From an archaeon (GTDB lineage Archaea > Undinarchaeota > CAZHTU01 > JBDRCC01), in contig JBDRCC010000013.1 in the NCBI GenBank assembly GCA_043822065.1, positions 1 to 29,957 on the forward strand: a DNA stretch of 29,957 nucleotides, in the 5' to 3' direction. A program made the translations under genes and the position numbers. Shown one piece after another: positions 17,910 through 26,573 of this stretch. Under the pieces are notes generated by a model that saw nothing but the letters and a program-made list of their open reading frames with translations, was not told the DNA's origin and ran no database searches. Each line of letters opens with the position of its first letter. Position 1 is the first letter of the stretch.

Positions 17910-19444
17910 TTGTACCCGCCCACCGCCTCTAGGTATTTTATCCCGATGGACATCAGCCTGCCGAAGGGCCCGAAGAAGGTGGAAATCTGCTTCAGTATCC
18001 GGATATCCTCCTCCTCAAAGCCGTGCAGGAGGGATAATGCGGTAAAGTAAACCAAGGCGCCGCTCCCCACTGAAAAAACAAGCCAGTAGGGCGAAACAAG
18101 GTTCCGCTGGAAGTAAAGGAATGCGCCCATCAGTGCGCTAGCTATCAGGGGCTTTGCAAATACGCCGCAGAGCCTAGCCTCCGTTGCGTGCGAAATGAGG
18201 GCGTACATAAGCAATACGCCCAGCAGGTTTGTGGCGATTAACGCAGAGGCCGCGCCATAGACGCCGTAGCGGGGAACGAGGTACAGGTTCAGCGCAAGGT
18301 TGAGTGCCAGCTGGATAAGGACTATTTTTGAAAGGGACCTGACTTTGCCTAAGCCTGCTATTGAGAAGGAGAAGACCTGGCTGAAGGAGTAAAGCACGCC
18401 GGAGATTGCGAGCATCCAGAGTATTTTTATCGTCACGTCATAGCTCCCTGTAAGTATTACGACTACGGCCTGGGTGGACATTACTGCAAGGTATACCGCT
18501 ATGGGGAAGTTGAATATGGACATGAACTTGCATATCCGCGTAAGGTTCTCGCGGACTGACTTCATGTCCTTCCTAAACTTGTGGGACGCCATCGTCGGGA
18601 AGATGACGTATATGAGCGCGAGCGGGATAAGAGACAGAAGCATGATGAATGAGATGCCGATGTTGTATGAGCCGACCTCGGCGTAATTCCTAAATCTGCT
18701 TAGGAAAAGGATGTCCGTCTTCGTTATGACGAACGCGAACACGCTGTTTATGAAGAAAAAGAAGCCGTAGTTCAGGAATTTCTTCAGGTAGGGCTCTGTG
18801 CGTTTCTTCTCTCCGAGATAGTCGGATAGGACCTTTTTGTGGAAGAAGTAGTAGGAGAACATAAGGGTCAGGAAAAAGCCCGCTATCATCGCGCCGAGCG
18901 CGCCCCAAACGCCGTAGCCGAGGATGACAAGGCCTATTGCGGCTGCCGTTTTGAGGAGTTCGCCGGATATTCTAGAGACAACGAGGTATCTAAACTCCCT
19001 AAACCCAGTAAAGGTGGAGAGGATGTAGTCCACAAGGGCTACTATGAGAACCATTGCGGCAACGGCATAGAGATACCTTGGGTCCGGGATACCAAAGTAA
19101 AGCGAGAGCGGTCCGGACGCGAGGACGATTATTGCGGCCAACAGGATTCCCATCACAGTTTTGATTATCCCGCCAGTGACTATGCAAGCCCTGACATCCG
19201 CGCTCTTCCCTTGGGCGAGGTTGCCTGCAATGAAATAAACTAGTGAGCCGTTGATGCCAAGATCGGATACCTTAGTAAAGATGAGGTGGAATGCCAGGAG
19301 GACTGCAAGTATCCCGTACTGCTCAGGGCCCAAAAGCCTTGCAAGGACTATGCCAAAAAGCACGCCGAGGAAGGTTATGACGACGGTCTGGGAAAACATA
19401 TACCCTGATTGCCTTATTCCCTCAGAAACCTTCACCCTAGTCAT
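17906..19444 (-). CDS. Oligosaccharide flippase (Wzx/MOP family, AglR-like)
   Basis: About 12-14 hydrophobic segments; 'LARLLGPEQYG', 'DLGI', 'TDILFLS...EVGSY', 'FPTMA', 'LNLYLVPRYGVYGAASA'. Confidence 0.9.
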   Translation of the reverse strand: MTRVKVSEGIRQSGYMFSQTVVITFLGVLFGIVLARLLGPEQYGILAVLLAFHLIFTKVSDLGINGSLVYFIAGNLAQGKSADVRACIVTGGIIKTVMGILLAAIIVLASGPLSLYFGIPDPRYLYAVAAMVLIVALVDYILSTFTGFREFRYLVVSRISGELLKTAAAIGLVILGYGVWGALGAMIAGFFLTLMFSYYFFHKKVLSDYLGEKKRTEPYLKKFLNYGFFFFINSVFAFVITKTDILFLSRFRNYAEVGSYNIGISFIMLLSLIPLALIYVIFPTMASHKFRKDMKSVRENLTRICKFMSIFNFPIAVYLAVMSTQAVVVILTGSYDVTIKILWMLAISGVLYSFSQVFSFSIAGLGKVRSLSKIVLIQLALNLALNLYLVPRYGVYGAASALIATNLLGVLLMYALISHATEARLCGVFAKPLIASALMGAFLYFQRNLVSPYWLVFSVGSGALVYFTALSLLHGFEEEDIRILKQISTFFGPFGRLMSIGIKYLEAVGGYK

Positions 19445-19450
19445 CGACTT

Positions 19451-19475
19451 TTTATAGAATATCTCCGTATATAAG
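19451..19475. promoter_or_regulatory. Crossed divergent TATA boxes in a 34-nt gap
   Basis: Plus-strand TTTATAGA (19451-19458), 20 nt before ATG 19479. Minus-strand CTTATATA (19468-19475), 23 nt before ATG 19444. Confidence 0.55.
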
Positions 19476-19478
19476 GGT

Positions 19479-20462
19479 ATGGACTTGTCCGTTGTTGTTT
19501 GCTGCTATAACAGCGAGAAGATAGTTGGAGACTGCCTGAAAGCCCTAAATAACCAGAGCTATCCAAAGGAAAAGTATGAGGTAATCGTAATTGACGACGG
19601 GTCAACTGACGGGACTTCTAAAATCGCAAGGGAGGCAGGCACAAGAGTAATTAAGAACAAGGTCAACATGGGGCTTGGCTATTCGCGCAAGCTGGGGATC
19701 AATATCGCCAGGGGAGACGTCATTGCGTTTACTGATGATGACTGCATCCCGGACAGAGATTGGATTAAAGAGCTCCTTGCTGGATACAAGAAAGGCATTG
19801 ACGGCGTAGGGGGCATGATTCTGCCGTATAGCCTTGATTCGATTTGGGAGATTTACGCGTATTATTCTAGAACTCCCCTTTACTCGCACTCGCCGTATCT
19901 GGGCGGGAGGCGGATATTCGAATACCTAAAAAGGTTTTTAGGCTTCAGGCTTAAGGCGGAGAACAGCCAGCGGATGGAATCCCTCATGGGGGCAAACTCA
20001 TCTTTTAGGAGGTCGACTCTCCAGTCAGTCGAAGGGACGAGCAAGGACCTTAGGAGAGGCGTTGACTGGGACCTGAACCTGAGGCTTAAGGAAAAAGACG
20101 CGAGGCTTGTTTACCTGGAAAAGCCGAAGGTGCGGCACAGGCACAGGCAGGGCGCAACGTCGTTTCTGAGGCACATTTCCGCCTACGGCGAGGCGTATGC
20201 GCGGCTGTCGAGGAAGCACGGCGGGCTGCCAATACCCTATCCGACGCCGCTTGTTTTATTGCTGCTTGCGGCAGCTGGGTATTTTTCCCTTGTCCCGCTC
20301 TATGCGTTTGCTGCGTTTCTGTTCCTGCGCGAGGTCCCGAATTGCGCGGCTGTGTTTGGGAAAGTAGGGAAGCTCAGGATTTTTGCCTTGTTCCCGGCAA
20401 TAGAGGTCCTGCGCGAAACAGTTTATGACTATGGAATACTAAAGGGCCTTCTCAAAGGATGA
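19479..20462 (+). CDS. GT2 family glycosyltransferase with a C-terminal hydrophobic segment
   Basis: 'SVVVCCYNS', 'VIDDGSTD', 'AFTDDDCIP', 'GANSSFRR', 'GVDWDL'. Confidence 0.9.
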   Translation: MDLSVVVCCYNSEKIVGDCLKALNNQSYPKEKYEVIVIDDGSTDGTSKIAREAGTRVIKNKVNMGLGYSRKLGINIARGDVIAFTDDDCIPDRDWIKELLAGYKKGIDGVGGMILPYSLDSIWEIYAYYSRTPLYSHSPYLGGRRIFEYLKRFLGFRLKAENSQRMESLMGANSSFRRSTLQSVEGTSKDLRRGVDWDLNLRLKEKDARLVYLEKPKVRHRHRQGATSFLRHISAYGEAYARLSRKHGGLPIPYPTPLVLLLLAAAGYFSLVPLYAFAAFLFLREVPNCAAVFGKVGKLRIFALFPAIEVLRETVYDYGILKGLLKG

Positions 20463-20507
20463 GCCAACGCAGGGGCGCGGGTGAGCTGAAGGTAAAGGCG
20501 GCGCGGA

Positions 20508-20641
20508 TGTGGCCGTCACGCCATATTTCGGAGAACATCCTCTATCCTGGGAATTGCCAGTATATTCTTAAGATTTGTCCCGGGAAGCGGCTTCCGGTTA
20601 GGCATATCCGCTTCAGTATCAATGGTTATTACTAGGCCCAT
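20508..20641 (-). pseudogene. Polysaccharide deacetylase (NodB/CE4-like) 5' remnant, frameshifted and truncated
   Basis: ATG 20641 gives MGLVITIDTEAD...IPRIEDVLR. Restoring one A in CGA-AA-TAT gives 'LRKYGVTAT', matching the 'TxD[D/E]...L.KYGV.ATF' start of deacetylases. Similarity is lost after 20508. Confidence 0.7.
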
Positions 20642-20661
20642 AAGCAAAGTTACTTTAAAGA

Positions 20662-20671
20662 AATTTAAATA
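20662..20671. promoter_or_regulatory. Palindromic TATA (ATTTAAAT) possibly shared by divergent genes
   Basis: TTTAAATA (20664-20671) lies 22 nt before ATG 20694. The same palindrome on the minus strand lies about 20 nt before ATG 20641. Confidence 0.45.
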
Positions 20672-20684
20672 GTTTGGTATATTA

Positions 20685-21269
20685 ATGGCTGGCATGAGAG
20701 TTCTCGTTACGGACGCCGGCCTGCGAGCAGGGTTGTCCGCCATCTGGAGCCTTGGCAGGGCTGGGGTCAAGGTTATTGCAGCTTCGGAGGACATCAACGC
20801 ACCTGGGCTGCAATCAAAGTATGCCTGGAAGCAGTTCGTATACGTTTCGCCCAAGGAGAACGTGAAGGGGTTTCAGGACGGCTTGTTAAGGTACGTAATG
20901 GGGGAAAAGCCGGATGTGGTCCTGCCAGTTACCGACCTGACGATACTACCCATACTCAAGATACGGCAGGAATTGGAGAAACATACGAAGCTTGCGGTGC
21001 CTGAGGGAAGGATACTCAAAAAAAGCCCGGACAAGCTGGAGAGCCTGGATATCGCGAAAAGGGGCGGATTAGCTGTTCCTAAGACATTCTTTCCACGAAA
21101 CATTTCTGAAGCGTACAGGGCGGCGGAGGGAATTAGGTATCCAGTCGCCCTGAAGCCGCGGTTTTCAAAGGAGATTGCAGACAATAAGGTTGTGCCGCAC
21201 GATGTCAGGTATGCAATGAACCGGGGCGAGCTGAGCGGGAAGTACATGATTGTCGGGGAGGTGCGCTGA
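20685..21269 (+). pseudogene. ATP-grasp ligase, N-terminal half only (C-terminally truncated)
   Basis: 'RVLVTD...SLGRAGV...SKY', 'DVVLPVTD', 'DK...AKRGGLAVPKT', 'YPVALKPR'. Ends at 194 aa without the QEYI/G and E[IV]NPR-type segments of the C-terminal ATP-grasp domain. Start is 20685 or 20694. Confidence 0.75.
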
Positions 21270-21991
21270 TGGCTAAGAAGGAATACTGGGATAAAAAATG
21301 GGAGAAGGTTGACTTACGAAGGCAGATTGCAGACGCGGATAAGCACAGTATTGGAAGGGCGATAAGACTGTGTATGAAAAAGTACCTCGGCAAGGATATA
21401 CGACTTCTGGAAGCTGGCTGCGGGCTTGGGAAGTGGAACTTTTGGCTCGCAAGTGACGAACGGGTGAAAAAATCTGCCGGCGTAGACTTCTCAGATTCGG
21501 TAAGGATTGCGGAGAGGTACGCCAAGGAAAATTCTTATGACATAGACTTTCGCAAGGCAGACATAAGGAAGCTCCCTTTCAAGGATGCTGAATTCAACTT
21601 TGTCTTATGCTTAGGCGTCCTTGAACACTTTGAGGATCCTGTGGCGCCGCTGAAGGAGCTTAGGAGGGTACTGCAGAAGGATGGCGTGATATTCGTAAAC
21701 GTACTGAACAAGGGCGTTAACCGCTTCAGGAAAGAAAAGATTGAAGAGCATGAGGACCTCTATTCGCCAGAGGAGTTTGCAGCGGTTATGAAGCGCGCAG
21801 GTTTTGAGGTTCTCGACGCGTATTCCCTGGACTTTGCAGCATCCCTTTTCGAGTGGATAAAGCCGAAGGAGGACACTATGTTTAGGCCTTGGTGGTCATT
21901 GTCATATGCTGTGAAATTGCTTAGTTCCCATTTAAATCCCCTCTTTGACAGAAGGTATGGCTTATACAGCGTAGTGGTGGCGAAAAAATGA
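21269..21991 (+). CDS. Class I SAM-dependent methyltransferase (type 11-like)
   Basis: 'LLEAGCGLG', 'GVDFS', 'ADIRKLPFKDAEFNFVLCLGVLEHF', 'ELRRVL'. GGAGGTG SD and TGATG coupling to the upstream ORF. Confidence 0.9.
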   Translation: MAKKEYWDKKWEKVDLRRQIADADKHSIGRAIRLCMKKYLGKDIRLLEAGCGLGKWNFWLASDERVKKSAGVDFSDSVRIAERYAKENSYDIDFRKADIRKLPFKDAEFNFVLCLGVLEHFEDPVAPLKELRRVLQKDGVIFVNVLNKGVNRFRKEKIEEHEDLYSPEEFAAVMKRAGFEVLDAYSLDFAASLFEWIKPKEDTMFRPWWSLSYAVKLLSSHLNPLFDRRYGLYSVVVAKK

Positions 21992-23085
21992 TTACGTACG
22001 TAACGAGCAACTACCCGAACTCAGAGGAACCTACCAAGGGGATTTTCGTTTACGAAAGGATAAAACACGTAGTCAAGAAACACAAAGTAAGGATGGTCGC
22101 GGTTCTGCCGTTCCCCAAGGGAAAGAGAAAGAACATACACCCTGAAGTTGACACGGTCTTTATCCAGTACCTGCGGGTGCCTCTGCTATCCGGGCTCCTC
22201 TTCATTTTGAGGGTGCTGCTGCACCTTGCAGGAGAAAAGCAGGAGGGGCTGCTGCATGGGCATTTTCTTTACCCGGACGGGTTCTCGTGCTGCCTTGCAA
22301 AAAAGTTGGGGATAGTAAGGGGTCCGGTATTTGTTACCGCCCATGGCAGCGATCTGCGGCTTATGCCAAAAAACCCGGTCTGGAGATTTTTTATAAAAAA
22401 GACGCTCGAGTGGGCCGATGAAGTGATTGTCGTAAGCGAGGAGCTGAAAGAGCAGGTAATGCGCCTTGGCATAGATCGGAGGGTAAACGTCATACCAAAC
22501 TGCGTCGACACTGATTTGTTCAAGCCAGCAGATTCAAGGGCTTGCAGAAAAATTTTAAGGCTGCCGCAAAAAAGGAAAATCGTTCTCTTCGTGGGGCGGC
22601 TTGTCCCGACAAAGAATTTGGGGACTCTAATCAAAGCGATGGCGGAAGTAGACTGCGCAGTCCTAGCGGTCGCCGGCGACGGGAAGATGGGCGCAATGTG
22701 GAAAAACGAGGCAGACAGCGCAGGAATAGATGTGGTATTCGGGGGGGACGTGAAGCACGATGACATCCCCTGCTGGATTAATTCTGCAGACGTCGTAGTC
22801 CTGCCCTCCTTAAGTGAGGGGCTGCCGACCATCTTAGCGGAGGCGATTGCCTGCGGGAAAAGGATTGTTGCGAGCGACGTGGGCGGGGTCGGGGAAGTCC
22901 TGACGAGCGAAGAGATGGGGTATCTTGTCAAAGACCCCATGGACCACAAAGAGTTTGCCAGAAAGATAAACGACGTGCTGGATGAGAAAGCAGGTTATGA
23001 TTACCGCAAATACCTCAAGCGATTCTCGGGGGAGAGCTATCTCAGAGAGTACGAAAAGCTGTTGAAGGGGGTTAAAGCGACTTAA
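21988..23085 (+). CDS. GT4 family glycosyltransferase
   Basis: 'TAHGSD', 'VIPNCVD', 'LFVGRL...KN', 'VLPSLSEGLPTILAEAIACG', 'SDVGG'. Confidence 0.92.
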   Translation: MITYVTSNYPNSEEPTKGIFVYERIKHVVKKHKVRMVAVLPFPKGKRKNIHPEVDTVFIQYLRVPLLSGLLFILRVLLHLAGEKQEGLLHGHFLYPDGFSCCLAKKLGIVRGPVFVTAHGSDLRLMPKNPVWRFFIKKTLEWADEVIVVSEELKEQVMRLGIDRRVNVIPNCVDTDLFKPADSRACRKILRLPQKRKIVLFVGRLVPTKNLGTLIKAMAEVDCAVLAVAGDGKMGAMWKNEADSAGIDVVFGGDVKHDDIPCWINSADVVVLPSLSEGLPTILAEAIACGKRIVASDVGGVGEVLTSEEMGYLVKDPMDHKEFARKINDVLDEKAGYDYRKYLKRFSGESYLREYEKLLKGVKAT

Positions 23086-24154
23086 GTATTTTTGCGTAGT
23101 CTGCTGCTATCCTGTCCCAGGAAAAATTAGCTGCTTTTGCAAGAGCCCGCTTGGACATCACTTTGTGAAGTATGTCATCTGAGAGAATCTTCCTCAGAGA
23201 TTCCCTGAGCGCGATGACATCTTTGGGGGGAACGAGAAACCCGTCCTTTCCGTTCTCCACAATCTCAGGTATTCCGGCTACGTTTGAGGCGACAACAGGC
23301 AGCCCGGACGCCATTGCCTCGAGGATGACCAGGGGACAGCCCTCCATTATTGAAGGAACAGCTAAAACGTTGGCAATGTTGTAGTACTCCTCAACTTTTG
23401 CTTTAGTCCCAGGAAGAATGAGCTTAACGTTCAGCTTTGAGGCAAGTTTTTTTATCTTCGGGAGTTCTGGACCTTCGCCAACAATCATAAGGATGTAACC
23501 AGTGTTCGCAAGGGCGCGTACGAGGTATTTAAGGCCTTTGATGTCTATGACCCTGCCGACAAATAGCACTACGCCATCGTTTGCCAAACCGAATTTTATC
23601 CGCATTCGCGAATGCCTCTTTTGGAATCTCTTGAGGTCAACGCCCGAAGGGACGACCTCTACCGGCGCAGTTATGCCCAATTTTTTCGCGATTGGCCTGA
23701 ACGCCGCGTTGCTAGATACTATCAGGTCGTAATGGGGGCTCGTAAGGCTGTAGTTTTCAATCGATTTCCTAAAAAAAGCGGAGAGCGGATTCTGGAACTC
23801 CTTCCAGCTGTCCCCCCAATAGGCGAAAACATTGCAGACGAACTTCGAATCTCCCTTTATCTTGCCGGCAACGAACCTCGAAACAGGCGAAGTAGAGCAG
23901 ATAACGTCGAAGTTTAGGTTATATTTTCTAAAAGCCCGCGGGGCATTGATTAAAAATGGAAGTTTTTTTGATGAAACATTCATCCGGTGGATTTTAATCC
24001 TGTCAATTGTTTCCTCCAATGGCAGGCCGCTGACTCTGGAGGTGAAGACATGTACGTCGTGCCTTTTGGCAAGGCGCTTCCCAACCTCGAGGCAGAATAT
24101 TTCCCCGCCGCCAATGACGGGATAAAATACCTCATCAATAAATGCTATTTTCAT
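23072..24154 (-). CDS. GT4 family glycosyltransferase
   Basis: 'YPVIGGGE', 'VPSGVD', 'LFVGRVIDIKG', 'PSIMEGCPLVILEAMASG', 'FSWD'. ATG 24154 lies 1 nt after the aglB stop. Confidence 0.92.
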   Translation of the reverse strand: MKIAFIDEVFYPVIGGGEIFCLEVGKRLAKRHDVHVFTSRVSGLPLEETIDRIKIHRMNVSSKKLPFLINAPRAFRKYNLNFDVICSTSPVSRFVAGKIKGDSKFVCNVFAYWGDSWKEFQNPLSAFFRKSIENYSLTSPHYDLIVSSNAAFRPIAKKLGITAPVEVVPSGVDLKRFQKRHSRMRIKFGLANDGVVLFVGRVIDIKGLKYLVRALANTGYILMIVGEGPELPKIKKLASKLNVKLILPGTKAKVEEYYNIANVLAVPSIMEGCPLVILEAMASGLPVVASNVAGIPEIVENGKDGFLVPPKDVIALRESLRKILSDDILHKVMSKRALAKAANFSWDRIAADYAKILKSL

Positions 24155-24155
24155 T

Positions 24156-26573
24156 TTAGTCAAAGTGAATTCTGTAGAGCTTGATGCTTGGAGTCTGGTG
24201 GACCAGCTCGAAGTGCTCCAAGCCCTGGCCTTGGAAGAGGAACGTCCTCGTCAGGATGTTGTCCTTGAGCGTTCCTGGCATGAATATCGCTGAACTCATA
24301 TCCGGCTGAACCCAAACCATGCCATCAAGACCCTCCTGCAAGTCAATCCGCACTATCTGGTTTCCAGAAGGATATGCAATCTCCCGTATGGGCTGGCGGT
24401 AATCGCCCTCAAAAACATACGGCCTCAGCAAACCGCTGTCTTCTTTGCCGACAACGATTGCTAGTTGTTCATTTGCTGGGTAGACGTAATACGTCGTGTT
24501 TTCAACCTTCTGCTCGCCTGCCTTGTTTAGGAATAGGTAGTTCTGGCTTTGTCCGGTGCTGAAGAACGAAAGCCACGTAAACTTCCCAAGGAGGTCGGCG
24601 GAGGATATCAAGTACATTTCAGATAGGTTCCCGATATAATATGACATCCTCTCGAGGCTCTCCGCCTCGCTCGTCGTAGTGAACATATAACCAAAGTCGT
24701 CTATGCGCTTGTTTATTGGCCGCGGACCGCCCATATAATGGGCGCCGTCTGCGCCGGAGTACCTCTGAGTCATGGCAGTTACCCAGTGCCCAGGATCCCA
24801 CCAAGATATAGTCGTTGTGTCATGGGGCGTGTTCTCTTTTATCCACGTCAGCGATTCATGCCAGTCCTGAGTCACGGAGGAGCCGGAACCCCTGCCTATA
24901 GCCACTGCAATTGGGGCATAGCTAAGCAAGAGGAAGAGCAGTACAATGGTGAATATTAATGGCGAAAGCTTCTTGGAGAATACCCCAACCGCGCGGATTA
25001 GCTTATCTAAAAAGATCCCGCTGGCAACGCAGATGGCGGGCGACAGGACCATGATAAACCGCAAGCCAAGGGTGGAAATGGCAAAAATCATGCTTCCCCA
25101 CATAAGGACGAACAGCATCCCGCGGGCATGCCGTTCATCTTCAAAGAACACTTGAGAGGTTCGTATTAGATACTCCTGCTTGTTTGCCAGGGTGGTAAGA
25201 AAGAAAAATGTGGCCATGCCTAAAAGGAGCTTTACTAGGAGAGGGGCAACAAGTATTTTTGAGAGGTAGGTTATTATCGCAGCTACAAGGAATAGTACAG
25301 ATACGATGTAGCCAACAAGTTCGGCCTTTTCCCGTTTAATGAACCTAAAGGCTATCAAAGCCGTGCCTAAAGTAAACATAAGTAACGCCAAGTAAATCGA
25401 ATAACCAAGCTGTGCTGGGTACGAACCCCAGGAGGGGGCTTGAAGCTCAGCTACGGAGATAAAAACGTTATAATCTCCGACACCCGCACCTTGCCCTTTG
25501 AGACCGGATACTATGTGAGAATAGCTCAGAAAGGTGTTTACCAGGTTCCATATACTCGCAAAGAACTGGCCAACGGCGCGCTTGGGACCTATCTGGAATA
25601 CCGGGGCCAGGAGGTAAGAGCTCAAAAGGAAGGTTATGGTCAAAACGAAAAAGGATTTTGCCTTGCGGGAAGCTGAGACTGCGCGAGGCAGAAGTTTTCC
25701 GTCTGAAAAGATGAAGTAGAAAGCCAGCAGCACAAATGGAAAAACGAAGATTACATAGGTTATGTAATTAGCAGCGTTCCAGTTATTTGCAAACGTTACG
25801 TAAGCGAGTATAGTGCAGATTAAATAAACTATCGAGGATTTCGTTATTTTTCCATCCTTGATGGACTCAATCATGTAGAGGTAAATCATTACGACGACGA
25901 GGGTGTAAAATATGACAATTGAATCAGTATCTGAGAATCCGGCAATCGTCCTGCCTAAAATTGCTGGAGACGCGCCAACGAGAAAGGCGGACAAGAGCCC
26001 GGCGTACTCGCTGGAAACCTTTTTCCCTATAAAGTAAGTTGGAAATATCGTAAGTGCGCCAATGAGCGGCGGGACTATAAGGGTAGTCTGCATTATCGTC
26101 ATTGATGGGATAAATGCCTTGAATAGCAGGTAGAAGAGCCCCAGTGTTGCCGGGAACCAGGTAGCAGTTTCAAAGTCGCGTCCTGGGGGATAATAGCTGT
26201 AGGGGTCGAAATCGGGAAAGTGAAGGCCGTTGGTTACGAACAATTTCGCGTACCGATACCAAAAGAATGAGTCGTATTCATGGAGAATCCCACTAGTGCC
26301 TGGAAGGAGCCTAACCCAAAGCGAAAACAAGAATATTGCAATAAGAATGGAAAAAACAAGAAGCCGCTTGTGGGATGAGAGTGCGGAATAGATGCCGCTC
26401 AGGTCGAATTCCACGACATCGTCTTCCTTTTTTTGTTCGGAGCCATCCTTATTTTTTGAGCTGAAAATGGACTTCAGCTTGGATAAGTCTATCTCAAGCT
26501 CTTCTTCTTTTTTAGATTCGACCGGTGGTGCGGCCTCAATCGCTTTGTGTTTCTTTTTTCTGTGTCGCGCCAA
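24156..26573 (-). CDS. aglB: Oligosaccharyltransferase AglB (STT3 family)
   Basis: N-terminal multi-TM region with 'EYDSFFWYR', 'GFSDTD', 'SVAELQ' (TIxE/SVSE-type). C-terminal soluble domain with 'SWWDPGHW' and 'DLLGK' (DK motif). TTG start is uncertain. Confidence 0.93.
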   Translation of the reverse strand: MARHRKKKHKAIEAAPPVESKKEEELEIDLSKLKSIFSSKNKDGSEQKKEDDVVEFDLSGIYSALSSHKRLLVFSILIAIFLFSLWVRLLPGTSGILHEYDSFFWYRYAKLFVTNGLHFPDFDPYSYYPPGRDFETATWFPATLGLFYLLFKAFIPSMTIMQTTLIVPPLIGALTIFPTYFIGKKVSSEYAGLLSAFLVGASPAILGRTIAGFSDTDSIVIFYTLVVVMIYLYMIESIKDGKITKSSIVYLICTILAYVTFANNWNAANYITYVIFVFPFVLLAFYFIFSDGKLLPRAVSASRKAKSFFVLTITFLLSSYLLAPVFQIGPKRAVGQFFASIWNLVNTFLSYSHIVSGLKGQGAGVGDYNVFISVAELQAPSWGSYPAQLGYSIYLALLMFTLGTALIAFRFIKREKAELVGYIVSVLFLVAAIITYLSKILVAPLLVKLLLGMATFFFLTTLANKQEYLIRTSQVFFEDERHARGMLFVLMWGSMIFAISTLGLRFIMVLSPAICVASGIFLDKLIRAVGVFSKKLSPLIFTIVLLFLLLSYAPIAVAIGRGSGSSVTQDWHESLTWIKENTPHDTTTISWWDPGHWVTAMTQRYSGADGAHYMGGPRPINKRIDDFGYMFTTTSEAESLERMSYYIGNLSEMYLISSADLLGKFTWLSFFSTGQSQNYLFLNKAGEQKVENTTYYVYPANEQLAIVVGKEDSGLLRPYVFEGDYRQPIREIAYPSGNQIVRIDLQEGLDGMVWVQPDMSSAIFMPGTLKDNILTRTFLFQGQGLEHFELVHQTPSIKLYRIHFD

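Noticed and set aside
20463-20515. GC-rich intergenic stretch as a tRNA or other ncRNA
   Set aside because: No cloverleaf or T-loop/D-loop consensus. It is partly explained by the deacetylase remnant.
22269-22949. 226-aa antisense ORF and the many other 60-155 aa alternative-frame ORFs
   Set aside because: They lie within well-supported genes, mostly as antisense shadows, and show no recognisable motifs or start signals.
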